This document shows, piece after piece, positions 11,001 through 20,000 of a stretch of 20,000 nt of DNA (positions within the stretch are counted from its first letter, which is position 1; the number at the start of each line of letters is the position of its first letter). The stretch is from assembly GCA_900617105.1 (NCBI GenBank), contig UYFQ01000830.1, forward strand, positions 55,674-75,673. The letters run 5' to 3'. The stretch is from Hydrurus foetidus (lineage: Eukaryota). A model generated the notes under the pieces. The model searched no databases, was not told the DNA's origin, and saw only the letters and a list, made by a program, of their open reading frames with translations. The position numbers and the translations under genes were made by a program.

Positions 11001-14000
11001 AGCAAGAAGAGGAGGATTGGGGAGAGGGAGGGGGAGAGGGCGGGACAGGACAAACTGTCGGAGGGGTTTGGATGCCCAAATTAGGTACGGGATTCAACGA
11101 CTCAGCGTAAGAGTATCATGACTCGATGAACGAATTATATGTTTTGAACACCTCACTATACTGTACTGTACTTCTCTGTCTTGTACTGTATTGTACTGGA
11201 CTTGACTTGACTGTATTGTACTGTACTGGACTGTACCTGTACCTACCAACATTCTACGTACTTTGTACTGTATTACTGTATTGTATCTGTTTGCTGTGTA
11301 CAATTGCACTTTTCTCAACTCATCAATAACTGCAATCAAATTGTTGCTCTTATTCACTATTACATAAATGGAGGGACGATGCTCTTCCGTACATTTCGTA
11401 CATCTAACAGAATAGTTAATATTGTTCAATGCTCTGTGTAGGCGGAGGAGGAGCTTGGGGTGCCACGTCATTGAATAGCAGCAGCAGTAATAGTAGTAGA
11501 GGGCAGATTCCAGAATCCGGTCCAGGTTCCGCCAAGAGTGTGTGGCGTCCAGTTAGTCTTCCTCCGTCTGTTCCGCTTTCCGTTCCTAAAGGTCTTTCCT
11601 CTGGAGTTAAAGGTAGTGGGCATCCGACTGACAGGTGAGACAGAGAAGGATGAAGCCGTTTGATAGGGAAGGGAGGGAGGAGGTTGTTGATTCAGTGATG
11701 TGGAGACGAGGTGAGGGAAGAAAAGTGAAGAGAAGAGAAGGGAATTCAGCATTGGTTGATGTAGTGTGGTATAATAGGTCCAGGGCATCTCATCTTTCCC
11801 CTAGGGGAGAGTCAGGAGTCAGTGATACGGGTGTATCGCATCAGCAGTGCATCACAATATACCCTCCACTTTTTACTTTACGTGTCATTCCTCTCATTAT
11901 CACTAATCCAACTTGAACTTCAACTTGCTTTTTTTGCTGCTGCCCCTGCTCCGCCATCCCTCTCTCTAACTCTCCAAACTCTGTGCTACTCAATCATCTT
12001 CACATCGATCAATTAGCAAAACAATTAATAAGAAGCGGGAGGAGAAAATGGCCGTAAAGTTGGCCGCAGTAGTCGCGGCCAAAGAGAAGTTACCGGATGC
12101 ACCCGGTGAGTGGGTCTCAACTGCTGTGACATTTCTTTAAGGTCACCTTGACTTTCTGTTGTTCACATTTTAATCTCTCTCAACCTCTCTGTTGACATGA
12201 TTCTCTTTATCTTGGCATCATCCCTTAATTTATTAATCCTCCCTTACCTCTATTTTTCTCTCTTTCTCTTTCTTTCTTCGTCTACATGGGGTCTGGCACA
12301 TCAGTGACTGTGAAGAAAGACGACATGGTGAAAGCATTGATGAAGCTGCTCTCCCCTTACTCGGCTGTTGTTGCTACAGACGGTAAGACACCACACTGCA
12401 TCCGTGCATTCCGGCTATCACGGCCAATTTCTATTCGGTAGTACTGAGACAGAGACTGTTCACATGAATTGAGATAACAGGAACAGCTTCGTGTTTTGTG
12501 TTTCGTATTTCGTGCATACACTCTCAAGAACATGAACACACACTTGCATCGTATACACGTACATATATGAAGAGAGACCCTCACAAGCACTATCAGACAA
12601 GAGCATACACACACATACACACACACCCTCTCATACACGCTCTCTCACACATACCCACAAATGCATCTACTGTGCTCTCTTCTACTCTGATGAATCAAAT
12701 AGGATCGTATAATATCTGTAGCGGTCGCGTGCCTTCAGTCGAGATACACGTGGAAGTGCGTAGGGGAAATAAGGTGAGTACCGAACAAACAGAACACTGC
12801 GTAACATCCTAATGCTATGCTGCGGCACGTCACAAATCGTTACATTGCGTTGCATTGCATGAACCTCCATCTGGACATAATAATACTATCATGTTCCGTT
12901 CTGTTCTATTCTATTCTGTTCTGTTCTATTCTGTTCTCCATCGACAGAGAGAGCGCCTCTGCATTGTGTTCTTGTTTTTGTTTGAGTCTGTGTCTCTCTT
13001 TTGTTCGTGCCTGTTACGACTTGGGACATCATCATCGCACATTACTGACTGTCTCTATTTTACCCTTTCTCACTCCAATCTTCCTCTCCCTCTGCATTTC
13101 TCGCGTACCTCTCGCAGTATTAATTCGTCTTCTACCCCCACTCACAACCTGCATAGCAATCTATTTCCTGCTCTTTCAGCTCTCGTCCTCTCGTCTTGTT
13201 AATACTCTGATCTTGACTTCGTTGCGCTTCCCATTCTTTCAGATACCAGTCTTCACTAACTTGCATCACTTTCATCACATCCTTCTACTCTCCTTCCCCT
13301 CCATCCTCATTTCCTTTACTCCCAGTACATTACCCTCGTCTCACATTAACCACCACTTCCCTCCCTCTGCTTTTAGTTGGTGACGCATTTGAGAAGATTA
13401 GAGGTGTTTGGCTTTGACTTATCTTCCCTCTGCAAGGAACTTCAAAAGAAATTCGCTAGTAGTGCATCTGTCGGATTGATTCCAGGTATGGTTCCGAGTC
13501 CACCCAACCCTTCCTCTTCCTCCCCCTACGCCCCCTCCTCCACCACCCTTTTTCACCCCTCTCTTCCCTTCCTCCCCTCCCCTCCCTCCCTACGCCCCCT
13601 TTCCACCACTCCTCCCCAACCTGTTGTGCTGTATAACGAGATAGACTAGATATACAGTGTATGTTGAATCTAGCTATCTCAGTTCTTCACTCGAAGTGTT
13701 ACACTTTCGAATGATCCAACCGTGAATAATGTTTGTCATCGCAAGTCTGTCATTCTATTCAATCGTCTTATATCTTCGTTAGTTCAACTCTTCGTCCTTT
13801 TCATCATTATTGTTATTATTATTATTATTATAATTATCATAATCATCATAATCATCATAATCATCACGATTATCATTATCGCCATTATCATCACCATCTC
13901 CTTTCATCCTATCACATTCAACACTTATTCATCATCAATCAATTAATCAATCATTATGGATCTATTTCTATCGAAGAATTATCTAAATGGTTACCGCTGA

Positions 14001-14235
14001 TATTGAAATAACCAGAAATATGTGTCATCATCCCATCCCTTTCACCTCTGACTCAAAAAGATCACTCACCCACACTGTTGAATCTGTGCATGTAGGCATG
14101 TTGGCAGACAAGGAGATAATCATCCAGGGCAATTTAGCAGCCGAAGTGGAATCGTACTTAGTGGACACGTACGATCTTCCCAAGCACTTGATAGGAAGTA
14201 CAGTCCTAAAGGGGGTCAAACCGAAGAAAAAATAG
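5001..14235 (+). CDS. EIF2D: Eukaryotic translation initiation factor 2D (ligatin; PUA, SWIB-like and SUI1 domains); exons approx. 5001-5081, 5440-5578, 5789-5875, 6629-6682, 7048-7158, 7471-7614, 7945-8624, 8974-9044, 9366-9495, 9811-10022, [unresolved junction], 10278-10382, 10680-11084, 11442-11634, 12017-12105, 12305-12382, 12703-12773, 13377-13485, 14096-14235
   Basis: The splice reads MFKKEKD...LKNKETKRLKADILSKFP, then FYPTVFLLWRCPHALRSFVIHAPVSTFVMKGAALLMPGL and VWGNPSPFAVG (PUA region), FDIRQSSHKKVSTFLRHMQSLGLL, FRDAFSAYSKKNGL (SWIB-like). It ends in the SUI1 region VEIHVEVRRGNKLVTHLRRLEVFGFDLSSLCKELQKKFASSASV...EIIIQGN...YDLPKHLI. All junctions are GT-AG and phase-consistent except 10022/10278. 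Confidence 0.93.
6275..6341 (+). repeat. (GATTA)n pentanucleotide microsatellite in an eIF2D intron
   Basis: Directly visible tandem GATTA/GATTG units. Confidence 0.95.
6832..6924 (+). repeat. Degenerate (ATGAT/ATGAC/ATGTG)n pentanucleotide repeat in an eIF2D intron
   Basis: Visible 5-bp periodic ATGNN units. Confidence 0.8.
7181..7325 (+). repeat. (GTGTG)n pentanucleotide microsatellite with GTGCA/GTGTA variants in an eIF2D intron
   Basis: About 29 tandem 5-mers. This is the source of the spurious HHTTP/CGVVW ORFs. Confidence 0.97.
10542..10609 (+). repeat. 18-bp pyrimidine minisatellite CCTCC(C/G)TCCTCTTCCCT(T/G), ~4 copies, intronic
   Basis: Directly visible tandem copies. Confidence 0.85.
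11155..11300 (+). repeat. Degenerate (CTGTA)n pentanucleotide repeat, intronic
   Basis: Visible CTGTA/TTGTA/CTGGA/CTTGA units. Confidence 0.9.
12893..12937 (+). repeat. (TTCTG/TTCTA)n pentanucleotide repeat, intronic
   Basis: Directly visible tandem units. Confidence 0.9.
13802..13897 (+). repeat. (ATT/ATC)n trinucleotide microsatellite in the last eIF2D intron
   Basis: Directly visible. It produces the spurious poly-Ile and poly-Tyr/His ORFs. Confidence 0.95.
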
Positions 14236-14815
14236 AAAATAGTTAGATATGAAATAGAAAATTGGATATAGGAATAGGAGCAAGAAACAAAAAAAGAGAA
14301 AAAAGAGAAGGGAAGTGGAAACGAGTGGTCCTCTATGTCGCCGTACTCGCCGTACGTATGTTCATATATGCTTATCCTTTTTCATATTTTACAAGTAGTT
14401 CATTGCTAGAGCAGGAATTGGTATTTACTGCCTCTTTCTCCATTCTTTCTTCCTTCGTATCTCATACTACACATCTGATCTTATCAGAGAAGCCCACCAC
14501 TTGTCAGCTATCGCTGCGCGTTTGAGCGACATCGATGTATTAGTGGCCAGATCCCACCCTCTGGGGATCGCATCTAACAGTCGTTACAGATTTAAAAGTA
14601 GGACACAATAGAACGCAATGACAGAACAGAACAAATCAGTACAGCGGCGTTCGCCTGTGGGGTGTCGTTGCTCCGATTATTGGCTCTTAGTTACTCGGAA
14701 CTCGGAGGCTTCAATATAACTTGTTCCAAACTTCTCACTCAAATCTCGAAATAAGGCCGATCAAAGGAATGTGCTATTTTTTTAAAATAATTTTGTAAGT
14801 GTAAAAAATTTATAT

Positions 14816-16827
14816 CTACGTATCTGCTTCATCTTCTCCAACACACACCGAATCATTATCAGGACCACTATCAGAATCAGTGCCTGATACGCCCATAGAA
14901 CGCTTGAGAGCAAACTTTAATTTCTTGATCCATATCACTATCATTTCGCATGTTTCGTCATTTTCCACCTCGCCTTTCTTTAAATCTTTTAGGTCACATA
15001 AATCTTGGGAACCCTCACGAAAAGAGAAGTCTTTCATCGAGATGAGACCTGGCTCCTCCATGGGAAATTTGCGATGTAATGCGGCATTTACATATTCCCA
15101 GTCTTTGCCGCGATAAGGATTCACCAAAGGATTTGGGGCTGCAGGTGAACGACTGCGTGATAGTATGGATGATGGTGGTGCCACGGGAGGTGCCAAAGGA
15201 GGACGACCACTTTTGGGAGCAACAGATGAAGTGGTACGAACACGGCTGCCACAAATGAGGGAGAAGTCCATGGTTGGTTTGGAAATTGATGATGCGGATG
15301 GCTGAGCATTATTATCATTATCTTCTTCTTCTCTATCTTGTGAGAAGTCCATCTGAGAGCAGAATTCTCTTCCATTTTCGAGACCACTGTAGGGGCTATC
15401 ATCATTATGTCGATAGTCGAGAGGATAGGGGATGTCGTTTTCAGACGGAGTAGCTACAGTGGGAGTGTTGTTGAGGTTACTTTCCAGAGTAGTGTTGATG
15501 GGGGATGGAACAGGAAGGACTCTTTTACTGGGTTTATCAATTTCCATTTCTTTCTTGGCTTTTTCATCCGACTGTTTCTTCTCACGAAGAGCTCTTTGTT
15601 CTCTCATGCGCTCACCCAATAGTTCAGATTCATTCAATAAGAATTCTTCGTAGTACTCATTCACTTGTTGTAATTTCTCATCCGTATCCGCATTTGCTCT
15701 CAGAATATTTATCATCTTCAAATCATGAGCACTCTGAACAATTCTCACTTCTCTGTCGCTCTGTGCTATTCTATGAGACAGCATCGTGTTGGAATCTGAG
15801 CTCACTCTTGAGATAGTAGTATCATTGTTGGCGCGTTCCCTTCGTAACACCCTTCCGGGGGGTTTCTTGCTCGATTTCTTTCCCGTTTCATCCTCATGAT
15901 ATGTCGGTTCGTCAGATGGTCCTTCACTGATAAGTTGAGTCACCCAATGATGAGTTGGTTTATCGCATGGCGTTCCGTACATCACCCATCCAATCCATTC
16001 TTGGGGATACCACGATGTCCATGCAACAGCTGATAGAGGGCAAGAGTTGCTTGGATTCTCGTCTCCCTCCTCATCATCCTCATCCTCGTCCTTCTCGTCT
16101 TCGATTGCTCTTTTCTTTGTTTTTCGCATAGAGAATGCTTCTCTCCTCACTTCGTTTAACATGTCTTCTTTCGATCGACCAGATGGTGGATGACCAGCGG
16201 GACAAAATCTGATGAATCATAGTTATTGATTAAATCATTGGGCTGCTATTAATCTATCTGTAAACTGTAAAATTCTTACCGACGCCATAGTGGAGCGAGA
16301 GTATTGTTCATGTAACTTTTCATCGCGCTGTATCTCTTTCTTAGTTTGGTTCCAGTCATGATTTCCTTCGCACGTCCGGTTCCGATGTTCAGAAATTTAA
16401 ATGGAATAGCACTGACTCTTTTACCAAGAATGACATCTCGACATAAATCATTGTAACTCTTTTGAAGGCCCTTTGAAAAACAGAGATCTTGAGATTTCTG
16501 AGATATAACTTTTAACTCTCGCACTGCGATTCCTGTGACTAAAATGACCAACGCAGAGATCTGTTTAATCTCGGAAATGAACTTCCGATATGAGGCCTGC
16601 TCGTCCGGATCCAATATAAAATGAAGTCTTCGAACAAGTCCCACTGTTGTCGCTGCTGGAGAGATTTGCGCATTCGATTCCACCATTGCAGAAGAAGACG
16701 ACGAGGAGGATGATGATGAGGATGAAGAGGACGACGAGGAAGTGGAGCGAGCTTTTGCTGAAGGTTTCACATGTTTTTTGACAGCCGCATTTGGCTTTGC
16801 AGCGGTAGATTTAGTGCCTTTCACCAT
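14816..16827 (-). CDS. Intact 646-aa two-exon gene of unknown function (exons 16827-16280, 16208-14816); Myb/SANT- or NAM-associated-like transposon accessory protein
   Basis: A 71-nt GTAAG..CAG intron (16279-16209) joins the 184-aa and 448-aa ORFs in frame (1941 nt). The junction reads MTGTKLRKRYSAMKSYMNNTLAPLWRRFCPAGHPPSGRSKEDMLNEVRREAF, resembling the helix-PSG-xxED pattern of TE-associated Myb/SANT/NAM-associated proteins. It also has a basic, poly-Ser N-terminus, a Trp-rich block (WTSWYPQEWIGWVMYG), a coiled coil and a Pro/Ser-rich tail. The gene structure is solid; the family call is tentative. Confidence 0.75.
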
Positions 16828-16926
16828 CACAATGCTTCGATTTTTGTAATCTGCTGCACCTATATCACTGGTGTTATGAGATTTCAGATGACATTTCAGG
16901 CACCTAGAAAATACGGTAGTAGCTCA

Positions 16927-17054
16927 CCTCTCAAGTTTCGGTTCTCCAATCCCGCTTCTCAACTTTCATTTCTCCAATCGCGCTTCTCAACCTCGAAAAC
17001 TTCTCAACTCTCGCTTCTCAACTACATTCACTTCTCAACTCTCACTTCTCCAAT
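16927..17054 (+). repeat. Array of short motifs, CTTCTCAAC x5 and TTCTCCAAT x3, plus one degenerate copy, between the divergent TE genes
   Basis: CTTCTCAAC starts at 16955, 16983, 17000, 17014 and 17031. TTCTCCAAT starts at 16942, 16970 and 17046. CCTCTCAAG starts at 16927. Spacing is about 13-17 nt. Confidence 0.9.
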
Positions 17055-17219
17055 TAAAAATGAAAGATGAAAAAGTGGAATGAAAAATGGAAAAAACCGG
17101 CAAAAAACGGAACACTTTAACACTGCATTAAATTGCTACAGCTCCACACTGATTAAATATATATTTTAATGCTATGATAGCGATAATTTGTAATATTAAA
17201 TTCACAAAATAATTTTATT

Positions 17220-18421
17220 ATGCTTGAGTTAAATACTCTCTCGTCTAAACGACACAAACTTTTCAAGTCCAACAATAAGCTGTTCTCCAAGTCGAAATTT
17301 ACCACTAATGCGAATGGTGAAATATCGAGGTGCTACTGGGCATGTATTGATTCTACCAAAGGCTGTAAAGCAAAAGTAAAGTACTCTATAGACCAAGCCA
17401 TCGCTGGTGCAGACCACGATGGAATGTCGTTGGGAATAGTCAATATAACGGAAACAGAGCACGATGCAGAGTACTGTACCACAAATGCCACTGACATCGT
17501 TGTTAGGGATGCGAGATATGCCATTGTCGTAAGAGCTACAGAAGGTTGGTAGTACTCAATCTATTCTTGTTTTAGATTACTTTACCTGCTGATATTTCAA
17601 TACAAAACTGTCAGGTGTGGACTTAGCTGTCGCCTATGCAGGCGTCATGAACCCTATTCAATTCGCAAATCCTGTGGCTGCAGGGAACATGCTTCATGTG
17701 ATGCCCTCCACAGTTCCTATTCTCGCCGAAAACTATTGATGTTCCCGCGGATCGCGCATACTTATGAAGATATTGACTTGCCTGACGAGTACAAATTGGC
17801 GGAGAGCGGAAGAAATTTTCTCCTTTTTAATGAGTCGTTTCCATCAATTCCTGGTGGTTTGGTGGATAACCATATCATGTGCTTCGGAACCAAGAAGTTC
17901 TTCAAGAGGCTTGTCCAAGCGAAACGAGTTCACATGGATGGTACATTCAAAGTTTGTCCAGAACCTTTCGTGCAACTATTCACAGTATGCTCGTTTCATC
18001 CGACGATGCTGTTGGTGACGAAGATGATCTGAATAATTGACTTCTTCATAGGATCTACTGTCTTCTTAGTGGAAAATCTCAAATCGTATATGAGAGACTA
18101 TTCCAGCTTATAATTGATAAAGCCAACCACTGGAATTACAATGTTGCTTGGGAACAGTCGATGTCGGACTTCGAATTTACCATCTTCAATGCTCTTACGG
18201 TCAAGTTCCCAAATGTAACTCTTAGAGGATGTCATTTTTATTACTGCCAAGCAGTATTTAGGAGAATCCAGCGGAACATGAAAGTAAGTTATGCTTTTAT
18301 CTCAAGAATACATTTGACAATCATTAAAACTCTTACACTAAATCATTGTCAGGCTGCATACAGCAATTTGGACACCGATCTGAGAGTGGTTATCAGAAAA
18401 ATATTCGCTCTAGCGTTATTA
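17220..18421 (+). pseudogene. Mutator/MULE transposase pseudogene (FLYWCH/WRKY-like zinc finger plus MULE DDE domain); introns 17545-17614 and 18284-18352
   Basis: Motifs: YWACIDSTKGCKAKV...EHD; DIDLPDEYKLAESGRNFLLF; RVHMDGTFKVCPEPFVQLFTV; IYCLLSGKSQIVYERLFQLI; MSDFE...FPNVTLRGCHFYYCQAVFRRIQ; IRKIFALALL. Lesions: frameshifts at ~17692 and ~18000, in-frame TGA at 18038-18040, CxxH read as CHFY, and loss of homology after 18421 so the catalytic E region is absent. Confidence 0.92.
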
Positions 18422-20000
18422 AGACATTATCGAACGAACGAGCAGATTATCAACCGAGAAGAATCCGATCCTCGCCAAGTTCTCGCTATTCTAATGCAAG
18501 ATTTCTTAGGGCTTGTCGGTGAGAATGTGACCCGCACAGCTGTACAGCTGTACGGGTACAGGCGTACGTTCGGGTCGGATCGGGGACGATCCGAGCCATC
18601 CGATTCATGACTTGCCTATCGCTGTGTTTATCTGTAAGCTAACCACATCTCTTTAGCAACAGCAACAGCACCAGCACACCAGCTGCCTTCCCCTTGCCCA
18701 CGCGCCCCGTTCCATCAGACCCACCGCTGAGCCCAGAGTTAGGCCATAATACTAGTATTTGGACCAACTTGGTGCTCTTTTTAGAGACCAGTTCCAAAAC
18801 GCTTCCCAAAAACATCGCCACGACCCGTAAAACGGCGTGCAAACAAGCTAGTAACTTGGCAACAAGTGAAAACAACGTCGAAAGACACTACAAAGGCTAC
18901 GTCTAACCGACAGCCTCTGAAACGCTTTCGTTAAAAAGTTCGAGTCGTCGATATTTTCGAGACAAAATCGTGACGGCTTCAAAACTCGAAGCCTAACGAA
19001 GCAAGTAGCTCTGAGTCGAGCAAAAGCAAGTCCCATCGTTAGAGAAACGAAAGCTGGCCAAAACGCCCGCAGTTTAGCTCCTTGACAGGTTCAAAACGCC
19101 AGGCAACTTTTCGAGCGATTTCCGACGAAATCGCGCGAAAGTAAACCACCAACAGCTCCATCAGTTAAAGGATCCTACGATCCCACGACATCATAGCTGC
19201 GGGGCTATATCCTCAGCTCCATAGAGAGCCGCGTCCGAGTTCCGTCGCTGTCCAAGACCCCAAGATCAAGACGTTTCCAACTCAAGACAAAAGTCCTATG
19301 ACAAGGGCCCAAATAAAGAAGAAAGCGGCTGCTAGCGCAGCCGCCTCTACTTCTTCAGCTCCAAGCGCTTCGCGCAGTGCTTCTCTCACTGAGAAGGAGA
19401 AGCACAAAGCGGAGCAGGCCCTTGTCAAGCAAAACATCGAGAAATCGATGCAGGCTCTGGCCAAAGAAGCAATACATGTTTCGGCTACCCCAACTCGTCT
19501 TGAGGACCAGGAGATTTTCTTCCAAAGCGTCATGGCAGCAACAAAAGAGATGCAAGAAGCTCACAGACTAGAGCAAGCACAAATAGCTGCTGCACAAGCT
19601 GCTGCCGACGCTTTAGAGCCCTCAAACGACGAGCTCCTCGGGTTGGCACCCGAGGAAGCCGAGGGCGAGACAGACTCCCCTCTCGATACCCGCGGGTACT
19701 TAAAAAGAGGGGGAGAAATCTCGATACTCCCTCCGCGACTGCAACAAATCGGTGCAGAGGACGATCTGTTCGAACCATCAGTCGACGCCACAGTCACAAC
19801 AACAAAGGCATCCGACACCGGCAAGGCCGAGGCCGACGCCGAGTCAGATCCGGAGGCTGACGCCGACGGTGACGACAATGCCAACAACAACGACGACGAC
19901 AAACCCCCCGACGAGTCCGACGACGACAACGACAGTAACGTCGACGACGTTAACGACACGGGAGGCGATGGTGGCAACCCCGACAGCTCCTCCCACGGGA
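18422..20000 (+). mobile_element. Probable nested insertion (retrotransposon-like 5' leader plus gag-like ORF) interrupting the MULE transposase
   Basis: Transposase homology stops abruptly after ...GCGTTATTA. The composition shifts to C/A- and CpG-rich. An ~880-nt leader precedes a long intronless ORF. No RT, integrase or recombinase lies within the window, so the class is not determined. Confidence 0.55.
19298..20000 (+). CDS. Partial ORF (>234 aa, open at the window end), low-complexity/coiled-coil then acidic; gag-like ORF1 candidate
   Basis: ATG at 19298 reads MTRAQIKKKAAASAAASTSSAPSASRSASLTEKEKHKAEQALVKQNIEKSMQALAKE...DDDNDSNVDDVNDTGGDGGNPDSSSHG with no stop. It is absent from the ORF track, presumably because it is unterminated. 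Confidence 0.7.
   Translation, partial: MTRAQIKKKAAASAAASTSSAPSASRSASLTEKEKHKAEQALVKQNIEKSMQALAKEAIHVSATPTRLEDQEIFFQSVMAATKEMQEAHRLEQAQIAAAQAAADALEPSNDELLGLAPEEAEGETDSPLDTRGYLKRGGEISILPPRLQQIGAEDDLFEPSVDATVTTTKASDTGKAEADAESDPEADADGDDNANNNDDDKPPDESDDDNDSNVDDVNDTGGDGGNPDSSSHG

Larger units (their letters stand above)
14700..18421. mobile_element. Probable two-gene Mutator-like DNA transposon (MULE), interrupted on the right; left boundary uncertain
   Basis: A MULE transposase sits head-to-head with a compact second gene. Introns are short (~70 nt) and free of microsatellites, unlike the neighbouring eIF2D. An AAACTTCTCACTC copy of the internal motif lies at 14728-14740. No TIR or TSD pair can be verified in the window. 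Confidence 0.55.

Noticed and set aside
12817..13946. Hydrophobic membrane-protein-like ORFs (188 aa and poly-Ile)
   Set aside because: They derive from pyrimidine-rich and (ATT)n intron sequence within eIF2D.
16927..17054. CRISPR-like repeat-spacer array
   Set aside because: Repeats are 9 bp with 4-8 nt spacers, there are no cas genes, and the context is eukaryotic.
18038..18040. TGA as selenocysteine, readthrough or an alternative genetic code; indels as programmed frameshifts
   Set aside because: The stop co-occurs with two indels, a lost CxxH His and truncation. No slippery heptamer is evident, and the host genes translate cleanly in the standard code.
18422..18610. C-terminal part of ORF 18161..18610 as transposase
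   Set aside because: MULE similarity ends at FALALL. The remainder appears to be chance read-through into the inserted sequence.

Overview
Eukaryotic, intron-rich genomic DNA, probably a protist or alga (stramenopile-like is my inference). Most ORFs in the track are exon fragments or microsatellite artefacts. Manual splicing gives three host genes: (1) a GT18/GnT-V (MGAT5)-like glycosyltransferase, minus strand, running off the left edge; (2) a 6-exon, 300-aa signal-peptide protein with two tandem DUF4168-like repeats, needing one GC-AG intron; (3) a very long (~970-990 aa), ~18-exon eIF2D/ligatin gene whose introns are full of mostly 5-bp-period microsatellites. From ~14.7 kb the sequence looks like transposon DNA. 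It holds an intact 646-aa gene with a Myb/SANT-NAM-associated-like PSG motif, head-to-head with a decayed Mutator (MULE) transposase. Between them lies an array of ~9 short CTTCTCAAC/TTCTCCAAT motifs. The transposase is cut at ~18421 by a probable nested element carrying a long gag-like ORF that runs off the right edge. The best novelty candidate is the MULE + intact partner gene + internal motif array, reminiscent of VANDAL/VANC anti-silencing systems.
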